DNA of 64,000 nt, taken from Nemertoderma westbladi. Lineage: Eukaryota; Animalia; Xenacoelomorpha. Location of the stretch: contig JAUCBJ010002907.1 of the NCBI GenBank assembly GCA_032718475.1, forward strand, positions 1 through 64,000. The letters are read 5' to 3'. The notes under the pieces were generated by a model. That model was not told the DNA's origin. It saw only the letters and a program-made list of their open reading frames with translations, and did not search any database. The translations under genes and the position numbers were made by a program. This document shows, piece after piece, positions 28,301 to 40,553 of this stretch; position 1 is the stretch's first letter; the number at the start of each line of letters is the position of its first letter.

Positions 28301-29952
28301 GGATACCTTAACGCCACAGTAACCTGTACTATTGATTCTCGTTTGATGTTATGGTTAGACACTAGGATACCTTAACGCCACAGTAACCTGTACTATTGAT
28401 TCTCGTTTGATGTTATGGTTAGACACTAGGATACCTTAAAGCCACAGTAACCTGTACTATTGATTCTCGTTTTTTGTTATGGTTAGACACTAGGATACCT
28501 TAACGCCACAGTAACCTGTACTATTGATTCTCGTTTTTTGTTATGGTTAGACACTAGGATACCTTAACGCCACAGTAACCTGTACTATTGTTTCTCGTTT
28601 GATGTTATGGTTAGACACTAGGATACCTTAACGCCACAGTAACCTGTACTATTGATTCTCGTTTGTTTGTTATGGTTAGACACTAGGATACCTTAACGCC
28701 ACAGTAACCTGTACTATTGATTCTCGTTTTTTGTTATGGTTAGACACTAGGATACCTTAACGCCACAGTAACCTGTACTATTGATTCTCGTTTGTTGTTA
28801 TGGTTAGACACTAGGATACCTTAACGCCACAGTAACCTGTACTATTGATTCTCGTTTGTTTGTTATGGTTAGACACTAGGATACCTTAACGCCACAGTAA
28901 CCTGTACTATTGCTTCTCGTTTGTTTGTTATGGTTAGACACTAGGATACCTTAACGCCACAGTAACCTGTACTATTGATTCTCGTTTGTTTGTTATGGTT
29001 AGACACTAGGATACCTTAACGCCACAGTAACCTGTACTATTGCTTCTCGTTTGTTTGTTATGGTTAGACACTAGGATACCTTAACGCCACAGTAACCTGT
29101 ACTATTGATTCTCGTTTTTGTTATGGTTAGACACTAGGATACCTTAACGCCACAGTAACCTGTACTATTGATTCTCGTTTGATGTTATGGTTAGACACTA
29201 GGATACCTTAACGCCACAGTAACCTGTACTATTGATTCTCGTTTTTGTTATGGTTAGACACTAGGATACCTTAACGCCACAGTAACCTGTACTATTGATT
29301 CTCGTTTGATGTTATGGTTAGACACTAGGATACCTTAACGCCACAGTAACCTGTACTATTGATTCTCGTTTGTTGTTATGGTTAGACACTAGGATACCTT
29401 AACGCCACAGTAACCTGTACTATTGATTCTCGTTTGTTTGTTATGGTTAGACACTAGGATACCTTAACGCCACAGTAACCTGTACTATTGATTCTCGTTT
29501 GTTTGTTATGGTTAGACACTAGGATACCTTAACGCCACAGTAACCTGTACTATTGCTTCTCGTTTTTTGTTATGGTTAGACACTAGGATACCTTAACGCC
29601 ACAGTAACCTGTACTATTGATTCTCGTTTTTTGTTATGGTTAGACACTAGGATACCTTAACGCCACAGTAACCTGTACTATTGATTCTGGTTTTTTGTTA
29701 TAGTTAGACACTAGGATACCTTAACGCCACAGTAACCTGTACTATTGATTCTCGTTTGTTTGTTATGGTTAGACACTAGGATACCTTAACGCCACAGTAA
29801 CCTGTACTATTGATTCTCGTTTTTTGTTATGGTTAGACACTAGGATACCTTAACGCCACAGTAACCTGTACTATTGATTCTCGTTTTTTGTTATGGTTAG
29901 ACACTAGGATACCTTAACGCCACAGTAACCTGTACTATTGATTCTCGTTTTT
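22369..29952. repeat. 64-bp satellite, ~118 copies, highly homogeneous
   Basis: Unit GTAACCTGTACTATTGATTCTCGTTTTTTGTTATGGTTAGACACTAGGATACCTTAACGCCACA; three 40-bp truncated monomers. Confidence 0.97.
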
Positions 29953-30937
29953 TAACATTATAACAATTGTGTAAAAACTGTACATGGAGATTAAACTGCG
30001 ATTGTTTAACATTATAACAATTGTGTAAAAACTGTACATGGGGATTAAACAGCGATTGTTTAACATTATAACAATTGTTTAAAAACTGTACATGGGGATT
30101 AAACTGTGATTGTTTAACATTATAACAATTGTGTAAAAACTGTACATGGGGATTAAACTGCGATTGTTTAACATTATAACAATTGTGTAAAAACTGTACA
30201 TGGGGATTAAACTGCGATTGTTTAACATTATAACAATTGTGTAAAAACTATACATGGGGATTAAACTGCGATTGTTTAACATTATAACAATTGTGTAAAA
30301 ACTATACATGGGGATTAAACTGTGATTGTTTAATATTATAACAATTGTGTAAAAACTATACATGGAGATTAAACTGCGATTGTTTAACATTATAACAATT
30401 GTGTAAAAACTGTACATGGGGATTAAACTGCGATTGTTTAACATTATAACAATTGTGTAAAAACTGTACATGGGGATTAAACTGCGATTGTTTAACATTA
30501 TAACAATTGTGTAAAAACTGTACATGGGGATTAAACTGCGATTGTTTAACATTATAACAATTGTGTAAAAACTGTACATGGAGATTAAACTGCGATTGTT
30601 TAACATTATAACAATTGTGTAAAAACTGTACATGGGGATTAAATTGCGATTGTTTAACATTATAACAATTGTGTAAAAACTGTAGATGGGGATTAAATTG
30701 CGATTGTTTAACATTATAACAATTGTGTAAAAACTATACATGGAGATTAAACTGCGATTGTTTAACATTATAACAATTGTGTAAAAACTGTACATGGGGA
30801 TTAAATTGCGATTGTTTAACATTATAACAATTGTGTAAAAACTATACATGGGGATTAAACTGTGATTGTTTAACATTATAACAATTGTGTAAAAACTTTA
30901 CATGGGGATTAAACTGCAATTGTTTAACATTATAACA
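29953..30937. repeat. 54-bp tandem repeat, ~18 copies
   Basis: Unit AACATTATAACAATTGTGTAAAAACTGTACATGGGGATTAAACTGCGATTGTTT; directly abuts the 64-bp array. Confidence 0.95.
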
Positions 30938-31199
30938 TAAAAAATGACTTAGGAAATAAAGTCACCAAATAGGAAAACCCCCATAGAGAAATATTTAGCT
31001 TGGTGGTGTGCTTTATTACATTCTGATGAACAAAATACAGACAAACAAACATACATACTAGATTACATCAAACATGAAAAATGACATCGGGAATGAAATC
31101 ACCGCCTAGGAAAACCCCCGTAATTTTAACTACGTGGTATACTTCCATATTGCTAGACGTTATAATTCAATATTCTTACATATTTCTTATATATTCGTA

Positions 31200-32280
31200 C
31201 TTTATTATGGATCTACTCCAATCAGACATGTAGAGTCAAGTGGGAAAGTTCGGAGTCTGATTCATTCAATGTCTCCAATGGTGTCCGACAGGGATCTGTC
31301 GCCAGCCCTGTTTTGTTTTGTGTAGTTATGAATCCATTCCTTGAGGTCATCTCGAATTGGTTGCACAATAGGGTCGTTCTACTATGGAATCTTTGTATAC
31401 GCCGACGACATCCTTATTTTATGTCCATCTATTTCCAGTCTGCAGTACATGGTTGACATCTGTCAGAGATTTGCGTCCGACAATAAGTTATTAAAATTCA
31501 ACACTAGTCCCATTCCGACAAAATCGAAATCGAAATGCGTTCCGTTTGTTTCAGATTGGTCTGAACTGGCAGCCAAAATATCCCTCAATGGATCGCCATT
31601 ACCATGGGTAAAAGAGGCGCTCCATTTGGGAAACCTATTAGATTACAAATGCAATTTGGTGTCAGATACAATTAGGAACCGGGGACCATTTATTGGTAAA
31701 ATTAACAGTTTACGTCAGGAATTTTATTTTGAGGACCCTTATGATATATGTGAAATTCAACGCATTTATTCGACTGCGTTTTACAGAAGTAGTATATGGG
31801 ATTTATTTTCGGATATGTGCAATATAATTTTTACAGCTTGGAACATCAATGTTAGGCTTATTTTTGGGTTACCCTTTAATTCACATCGTTATTTAGTTGA
31901 TAAAATTTAGGCATCCTATGATAATGTTACTATCTCGTTATTTTCAGCTTATTAGTAACTTGTTTAAATCCTGTAAACCTAGTTTACTTTCCTTAACGGA
32001 GTTATGTTATTCAGACTGTGAAACACGTTACACAAAGTTCTTGTGTGAAACACAAGTTCTAATTTAAGGAACATAGCTAATTCTTGTGGTATCTCGTGCT
32101 TAAATAATCTTTCACTCAGCATAATAAACGCTCAAAGTTACGCACCGTTATTACCTGGTAATAAATGGAAACTCGATTTTTGTAGGGAACTTATAAATAT
32201 TCGAATTGGTAAATTGGAAGTTGATTATTTAGATACGGATGAGCTGTCAGACATTTTGAAATATATATCTACCAGTTAAA
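31200..32280 (+). mobile_element. CR1/L2-like LINE 3' fragment (RT)
   Basis: IGCTIG...GIFVYADDILIL, KSKC, HLGN in ORF 31341-31910, degenerate downstream; a (TAA)n tract lies at ~32822. Confidence 0.8.
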
Positions 32281-32442
32281 AGTGCTATAAAATTAATATC
32301 TATATAATTTCATATTTACTTAGTACTTTCCTGTTATATACTGTTTACGGTTAATTAATAATTTACCGGTCGTAGCTTATATCTTATCCTCCTTACCTTA
32401 CCTTTATTACTTGTGCTTATTCTATCTATAATTTGTCCTTGA

Positions 32443-32802
32443 CTGTACTTGTACTTGTACTGTGCTGTACTGTACTTGTACTGTACTGTGCTGTACTGTA
32501 CTTGTACTTGTACTTGTACTTGTACTTGTACTTGTACTGTACTGTACTGTGCTGTACTTGTACTTGTACTGTACTGTGCTGTACTGTACTTGTACTTGTA
32601 CTGTACTGTGCTGTACTGTACTTGTACTTGTACTGTACTGTACTGTGCTGTACTTGTACTTGTACTGTACTGTGCTGTACTGTACTTGTACTGTACTGTA
32701 CTGTACTGTACTGTACTTGTACTGTACTGTACTGTGCTGTACTTGTACTTGTACTGTACTGTGCTGTACTGTACTTGTACTGTACTGTACTGTGCTGTAC
32801 TT
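32443..32802. repeat. Compound (TGTAC/TGTACT/TGTGC)n microsatellite
   Basis: Read directly; it explains the three overlapping low-complexity ORFs. Confidence 0.95.
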
Positions 32803-33363
32803 GTGTCTTCTGATAATGTATGATAATAATAATAATAATTGATAGATCCCAGACAGATTATCAGTGGGAAGGTTTAAAAACTTTAATGGCCATTATCTCA
32901 GAATGACAATTTTCATCTTTATTTTTTTTTATTATGTATTAATATCATGAATAATAATTTATCTTTAAAGTACTACTCTTCTGCCATTTGTCAACCAAAT
33001 CTCATGATTCAAAGGGTTTTGGCAGTTATTTAACATTTATCTTATAGAATTTTTAAAAAATGTGTAATCAACTTTTTTTAATCAAAATTATTACATTAAT
33101 ATTAGCTAATTAAAAATTCTATAAGATAAATATTGTAGATTTAATTGTGCTTAATCTAAAAAAGTTGATTTCGAGAAATTTGGACCAAGATTGATGGACT
33201 AGTAGTGTTTTTAGTGAAAAAATAAATTCCACTAGGGGGAGGCTAAAATTTTCAAATATACAATTTTGATGTCTTAATGCCACTGTAACCTGTATTATTG
33301 ACTTTTTTTTGTTATGGTTAGAGACTGGGATGCCTTAATTCCATTGTAACCTGTATTATTGAC

Positions 33364-34420
33364 AACAGGATGACTTCTGTTGTCATCTTTATTGACTTCT
33401 TAAAGGCCTTCAATTCTGTCTATCGGTCACTTATGTTCAGCATACTTTCATTATATGGGATTCCTGATGAAAGTATTACAGCAATCAGATCAGTATACGA
33501 TGGTTCGACAACATTTGTGTCTACTGTTGACGGTGACGCAGAACCATTTGCAGTGTTATGGGGCGTCCTTCAGGGAGACACACTTGCACCATTATTGTTC
33601 ATAATTGTGGTTGTCTATGTTCTAAGCATGTCCTTAGATCATCATAATGATGATGGGGTGATGATAACTCCACCTACTGGCTCCAGAAGTCGAGGAAATC
33701 CAGCCAAGTACCTAACTAACTGATCTTGACTTTGCTGATGACTTAGGAGTACTCTCAGAATCATTAGAGGGAGCCCAACGGCTCCTCAGCTCATTAGAAC
33801 AGGCTGCTTCTAGTGTTGGTCTTTTTGTTAACTCCAAGAAGACCAAAGTTGAATGAATCATTCAAAAATGAATCATTGAATGATTCGGGTTTCCAAGATG
33901 TTGAAGTCACACAGAATACATAGGAAACTTGTCCATTTATTTAGAGCAGCAGTAGTTCCAGTACTCCTCTACGGGAGTCCATGCAGGGCTCTAACTGCTG
34001 AGGACACCAAATCTCTGGATGGCACATTCACAAGAATGCTACGCCGGGTTCATTGTGTCAAGTACAATGCACACATATCCAACCAGACACTATATAACAT
34101 TGGAGGTGTCTCATTGGTTCCTCCAAGCTTGACACTATAACAAAGCCGCCTCCCCTTTGCAGGACATTGCTTTCACCGTGAAGACCAGCCTGCGCACAAT
34201 CTTGTGCTTTGGGAGCCCCATGGAGAAAATATGCATGGTGGACAGACCATGACTTTTGTGAGACACCCCTTAAAGGACCCTGGCCTTGAAGATGCGGATA
34301 ATGTCGCCAAAGTCATGGGGTATAGGGGGTTGTGGTGGTGTAACTTTGTTGATAAGCCGGCATAGCATTCTTAATGGATGCTGCATTGAGCTAATCAATT
34401 GTGGATTGCATGGTGGTGGA
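33364..34420 (+). mobile_element. RTE-clade LINE fragment (RT to 3' end, internal deletion)
   Basis: FIDFLKAF, GVLQGDTLAPLLF, DFADD (33728-33742), VLLYGS; same family as the 8367 and 50246 copies. Confidence 0.88.
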
Positions 34421-35232
34421 AAAATATTTTCGTTTAAGCCAGCATAGAATCACAACGTGCAGCTTCAATCCAGCAGACCAATTTGTAGTAGTATTATAGT
34501 ATACAGCAATGCCACTGTGACCTGTTTTTTTCCTCAAATAGATGATTGGCATTGCTGATATGTCCAAATTGGATTTGCATCAATATGATATATTATTATA
34601 TTATTATGTGTTGGTACATTCGAGGTGTTGGTAAAGTCGAAGTTTTGGTAGATGGTTGAATAGTTGAAAGGCATTGGCAGTATTGTCACAATAACATGGT
34701 ACAGGTGGTGGTATCATGGTTTATATGACATGCCGAATCTATTACGGATTCTAATATAAAGGCAAAACACCGGTTTCTGATTTATTTCAGCACAAAGATA
34801 CTGCTTGTAATACGAAACCTGTTTTTGATGTTTGTGTTGCAACAAAATAATGGCATGACATTCGTATTTTATTGATTTCATTAAATTTGTTAGAAATGAA
34901 ACATACCTTTGCATTGCCAGTCCCAGAATTATATTATTTGCAATAAATTACCTTAAACCATTTTCCATCAACTGTAAGAGTTAGAATCAGTTCAGCGACA
35001 CTGATTGATTTATGTTTATGGTATTGAGGTCACTTACCATTCATTATACACTTTATGTAATAACGAACCTGTCTTTATACTGGGTAGTTTTTTTCTACAG
35101 CTGAGGCCGGCAAAAACAGTATGGATGGATGTATGTTTGTATGTATGTATATATGTTTGTTTGTATGTATGTTTTCTTTGTATCAAACCAACAAATTGCT
35201 TCAAACCACTTGTATGTATTGACTACCTGACA

Positions 35233-36715
35233 CTGACTACCATTAGCTGATCCTGTTTACATTCCTACTGATGGACTCTGAAACCAGCTGACTATTGTTA
35301 GCTGATCCTGTTTACATTCCTACTGATGGACTCTGAAACCAGCTGACTATTGATAGCTGATCCTGTTTACATTCCTACTGATGGCCTCCGAAACCAGCTG
35401 ACTACCGACTTGCTGATCCTGTTTACATTCTAGCTGATGGACTCTGAAACCAGCTGACTATTGTTAGCTGATCCTAATTACATTCCTAGTGATGGACTCT
35501 GAAACCAGCTGACTACCGTTAGCTGATCCTGTTTATATTCCTACTGATGGCCTCCGAAACCAGTTGACTAACGACTTGCTGATCCTGTTTACATTCCTAC
35601 TGATGGCCTACGAAACCAGTTGGCTACCATTAGCTGATCCTGTTTACATACCTACTGATAGACTCTGAAACCAGCTGACTACCGTTAGCTGATCCTGTTT
35701 ACATTCCTACTGATGGACTCTGAAACCAGCTGACTACCGACTTGCTGATCCTGTTTACATTCCTACTGATGGACTCTGAAACCATCTGACTATTGTTAGC
35801 TGATCCTGTTTACATTCCTACTGATGGACTCTGAAACCAGCTGACTACCGACTTGCTGATCCTGTTTACATTCCTACTGATGGCCTCCGAAACCAGCTGA
35901 CTACCGACTTGCTGATCCTGTTTACATTCCTACTGATGGACTCTGAAACCAGCTGACTACTGTTAGCTGATCCTGTTTACATTCCTACTGATGGACTCTG
36001 AAACCAGCTGACTACCGAATGCTGATCCTGTTTACATTCCTACTGATGGACTCTGAAACCAGCTGACTATTGTTAGCTGATCCTGTTCACATTCCTACTG
36101 AAGGACTCTGAAACCAGCTGACTACCGACTTGCTGATCCTGTTTACATACCTACTGATGGCCTACGAAACCAGCTGACTACCGTTAGCTGATCCTGTTTA
36201 CATTCCTACTGATGGACTCTGAAACCAGCTGACTATTGTTAGCTGATCCTGTTTACATTCCTACTGATGGACTCTGAAACCTGCTGACTATTGTTAGCTG
36301 ATCCTGTTTACATACCTACTGATGGCCTACGAAACCAGCTGACTACCGTTAGCTGATCCTGTTTACATTCCTACTGATGGACTCTGAAACCAGCTGACTA
36401 TTGTTAGCTGATCCTGTTTACATTCCTACTGATGGACTCTGAAACCAGCTGACTACCGACTTGCTGATCCTGTTTACATTCCTACTGATGGCCTCCGAAA
36501 CCAGCTGACTACCGACTTGCTGATCCTGTTTACATTCCTACTGATGGCCTCCGAAACCAGCTGACTACCGACTTGCTGATCCTGTTTACATTCCTACTGA
36601 TGGACTCTGAAACCAGCTGACTACCGACTTGCTGATCCTGTTTACATTCCTACTGATGGACTCTGAAACCAGCGGACTATTGTTAGCTGATCCTGTTTAC
36701 ATTCCTACTGATGGC
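35233..36715. repeat. 55-bp tandem repeat, ~27 copies
   Basis: Unit CTGACTACCGTTAGCTGATCCTGTTTACATTCCTACTGATGGACTCTGAAACCAG. Confidence 0.95.
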
Positions 36716-36939
36716 CTTTTTACAAGCTATTTTTTCCCGGTTTATTTATTATTATTAATGTCCTTACCATTCCACGTTCCAAATTTTATGGCTAACTTAC
36801 CTTATACAGTAATAATAAATTTTATAATTTCAATTATTTATTGACCCATGTTTTAATTTAATTATGTCATGTTTTACTGTACATCATGCCTTACCTGGCT
36901 TAATAAATAAAATATTATTATATATTATTATTAATGTTA

Positions 36940-38620
36940 CAGAACATCACCAAGCCTTATAATAATATAAAAGAAAACATACAGAACTCATACAGAAGTC
37001 CCTCACAACTGTTCGTAGATAATGAGACCATGTTGTCAGAAGAAGGATCAACACAGGGTGACCCACTGGCACTGGCGATGTATGGTGTTGGAACCCTTCC
37101 ACTAATAAAGCTAGTTGGTAAAGTGGCACACGATTTCGATCAGGAAAAATTTGGAGAAGACAAATTGTTGGAAAAATGGTTTGCAGATGACGGAAATGCA
37201 GCTGGCCGACTACAAACACTTCTAACATACTGGGATGCCATATGCTCCTATGGATCTGGATATGGTTATTCCCCGAACGCAATAAAAACATTTCTTATCG
37301 TGAAGGAAGGATTCATGAGTGAAGCTAAAACCATTTTTTGCTAACACTGGCGTACAACTAACCGAAGGTCATCGTGTACTAGGCTCAGTTATTGGGTCCC
37401 AATCATGCTGCTGCGATTATGTAAATGACAAAGTCCATTCACTGTTCGATCAGCTGGTTAAGCTTTGAGAATTCGCTGTAACAGCTCCTCAGCCATCCTA
37501 TAGTTGTCTCGTGTATGGCATGCAACCTAAGTTCAACTTCTTATCAAGAACAACCGCAATGGACCAAATTGATGACTTGATTACAGATCGGGTCATCCCA
37601 ACAATAACAGGTAATCCCCCTCCAGGTAAAATACAGCGCGATCTCCTCGCTCTGCCTGTCAGGGAGGGAGGTCTAGCAATATGAAGATCAACCGACCTTC
37701 ATCAGGGTATCCAGGCGTCCCGAAGATTATGTGCACCACTCTTTAGTGTTGACACCTGCTTAGAACCATCAGAAGCTCGTACAAAACAACAAACAATCCG
37801 CCGAGAAATAAAGAAAGATAGAATGGAAGGTGCGAAGGAAAGCGCCGAGGGCATCCACAGTAAGCTTAGCAACAGCGACCAATATCTCGGCCTACTATCT
37901 AAGGAAAAGGGAGCCTCTTCCTGGCTGACTGCACTACCCCTGACCAAATACGGTTACTCCCTACAAAAAGAAGCCTTCAGGGATGCACTGTGCTTGCGAT
38001 GTGGGTGGCAGCCACCAAAGCTTCCTTGACTATGTTCATGTGGGGCCGAACACTCCATATCGCATGTCTTACACTGTCCAACTGGTGGATACCCCAGCCT
38101 TCGCCCTAATGAGGTAAGGGACTACTTGGTGGAGTTATTAGCCTAGGTTTCTCATGACGTGCAGATAGAACCGCACCTTCAACCAGTGGGTGGTGAGCAG
38201 TTTAAACTGAGTAGTACCTCAACAGACCTGGATGCTCGACAGGATATGGCAGCTTCTGGCATATGGGGTGGATGCTTCCAGAAGCTCTTCATAGATGTGA
38301 AGGTTTTTAATCCACTTTGCGCATCCAACCCCAAGTCGATCAATGCAGCTTATACAAAGCATGAAAAGGATAAGCGCCGCAAATATGAAGAACGGATAAC
38401 TCTCATTGAACACGCATCCTTTACTCCATTTGTAATGTCAACTACAGGGGGAGCTGGCAGGGGTGCTCAGGCACTATTAAACAGAGTAGCACTCCTTCTA
38501 TCAGCAAAGCGGGGTGCTCCTTACTCCAAGACAGTGTCATTAATCCGTACACGTTTAAGCTTTGCGCTATTGCGCTCTTCAATAATGTGTTTGCGAGGCG
38601 CACGAGAACCACGATTAAAA
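36940..38620 (+). mobile_element. CRE-like non-LTR retrotransposon (RT, zinc knuckle, restriction-like endonuclease), degenerate and 5'-truncated
   Basis: EGSTQGDPLA, WFADDG, LPVREGGL, ASSWL, FRDALCLR, CSCG..HVLHC.TGG, RQDM...FIDVKV...KRRKY. Confidence 0.85.
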
Positions 38621-39344
38621 GGGTCCCGATTACTCTGCAGGAAACCGGAATACAGGCACCTACATCTGATGCCTGTATTAAAGTTTAAACAAGTCATCAC
38701 ACTCACTCCACAACTCGAATTCCCTTCACCATTCAACTTTTACTGTAGCTACTGTAGACATACATATTATTTGTGTTAGTATATTAAAGTTCTAGTTGGA
38801 GTTGCTGAGGTAAAACAATTAAAAAGAAAATAAAAAAAAATTTAGATTTTAAAATCGGAAGTATATTTAAAATAATATACAATATAAATTATGTTAAAAC
38901 AAATATTATACATTTAAATTGATAAAAAAGAAAACTGAAAATAATATTTTAAAATAATATTTTTACATGAAAAATTGACACTAGTTCACCAGGAACTGGT
39001 GTGTTATAGGTACAGCCCCTTCAAAATTTTTAATATAGCTACAGTAGTTTATGCTATTTTTTTTAGAACATATAAGCGGTACTAGTAGCATATATGTCTC
39101 AAATTTTTAATAATTTTTTTATCACCAATTTTCATTTTATTTATATATCGTCGATTGTATAAATTTTTGTTATCTCGTGTTTTTTTATGGAAGCTAGTAA
39201 AAATGTAAAAGCAATACATAATTATCCCCCCCATAATTGCAATGCAATGTTATGCAATTTGAACGTGTGTACTAACATACCTTACCTATGCCGCAAATCA
39301 AATATTCCGTAATTTCTAATTCGTAACTTTATTATTTAATGCAG

Positions 39345-39817
39345 GTGGTTCACTCAGCAGTTCTCGAGAAATAACTAATGACAGGGATCGCGATGTTTCA
39401 ACAATTTTAGCACGAAGATTAGTAGCGGATTTTCTACCCCGCCTCTACTTTATTCGAGATGGTGAGAGTGGCGATGGATACCCAGGAAACCAGCCAATTC
39501 ACAGTGATTCTTTAGTTGAACACTCGCAAATCTTTTTCAGAAACGTCCCAGGATTTGGCAAACGAAACGTCCCAGGATTTGGCAAACGAAACGTCCCAGG
39601 TTTTGGCAAACGAAACGTCCCAGGTTTTGGCAAACGAAACGTCCCAGGTTTTGGCAAACGAAACGTCCCAGGTTTTGGCAAACGAAACGTCCCAGGTTTT
39701 GGCAAACGAAACGTCCCAGGTTTTGGCAAACGAAACGTACCAGGGTTTGGCAAACGAAACGTCCCGGGGTTTGGCAAACGAAACGTCCCGGGGTTTGGTA
39801 AAAGAACAACATTCTGA
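39345..39817 (+). CDS. Neuropeptide precursor exon encoding 11x NVPGF-GKR (predicted NVPGFamide)
   Basis: Acceptor TTTAATGCAG ends at 39344. The phase-1 frame is open to TGA at 39815-39817. Eleven 24-nt units from 39542 each carry an amidation Gly plus KR, and all differences between units are synonymous. Confidence 0.9.
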
Positions 39818-40120
39818 GAATGACAAATCAAACCTACTTGGAACAGGTTAATAGGTAACTTGGGGTGCATCCAATGGTATTCTCACATTGATTTACTTTT
39901 CATTCGTCGACCCAACAAATTAAACTAAATTCGAGTTATTCAAAGAAACTGCAACATTATTTGGTTTCAATATTATATATTTTGCTGTTGTCATTTCGTG
40001 GTTTTGTGATAGTGGAAATTTGGAATGATATTATTATTAATATTATGATTAATTAACCTACAGCTGATTCAGCTTACGCTGTATCAGTAATAATTTATGG
40101 TTGATTTGTTTACATCCAAT

Positions 40121-40126
40121 AATAAA
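40121..40126 (+). promoter_or_regulatory. Candidate polyadenylation signal of the neuropeptide gene
   Basis: AATAAA ~300 nt after the stop codon, followed by T/GT-rich sequence. The AT-rich background lowers specificity. Confidence 0.35.
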
Positions 40127-40362
40127 TTTGTTTATTGTTATTTTCGTACAAATTGTTAAATCACTGACAAAAAATAATATCCACAGAAATTACTAGTGTT
40201 TGTTGTCTGAATTGCATGATCAGGTAGATGTATATAACTTATCAGTTGATTCTGAGTCAGAGTCATTATCGTGTATTAAGATTCATTAACATATGATTTG
40301 GCAAGCAATTAAGCATTATATAAACGACGTACAAATTCGACAGGTTCAAACATATAACTTAC

Positions 40363-40553
40363 GGATCCATAATGATCCAGGTTCCAGGTCCAAAGAATCC
40401 CGTTATCTCACTACATGTAACTCTAGCTGTGGCGGTTAATTCAAAGTGTTGTGTTACTCTACTCTCACTACCAATAATTTCATACATGACCACAGAACCA
40501 ACAAGGCTTAGGATGACATTTGCATAGCACCTCATATTTCGGTGCTGTAGCAT
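40363..40553 (-). CDS. Candidate first coding exon of the antisense gene (tentative)
   Basis: ORF with a hydrophobic N-terminal stretch, ending TARVTCSEITGFFGPGTWIIMDP at a perfect GTAAGT donor. Confidence 0.35.

Noticed and set aside
30079-30876. 265-aa repetitive ORF
   Set aside because: Translation of a 54-bp satellite with nonsynonymous unit variation and no gene context.
32433-32842. Cys-rich ORFs
   Set aside because: Microsatellite open in all three frames.
1356-36715. Tandem arrays as CRISPR arrays
   Set aside because: The units are contiguous with no unique spacers, there are no cas genes, and the context is eukaryotic.
39499-39870. ORF-track frames over the 24-bp repeat (ETSQVLAN, RLPKPGTF, SFAKTWDV, FVCQNLGR)
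   Set aside because: Unit variation changes amino acids in these frames but is fully silent in the NVPGFGKR frame, so they are shadow ORFs.
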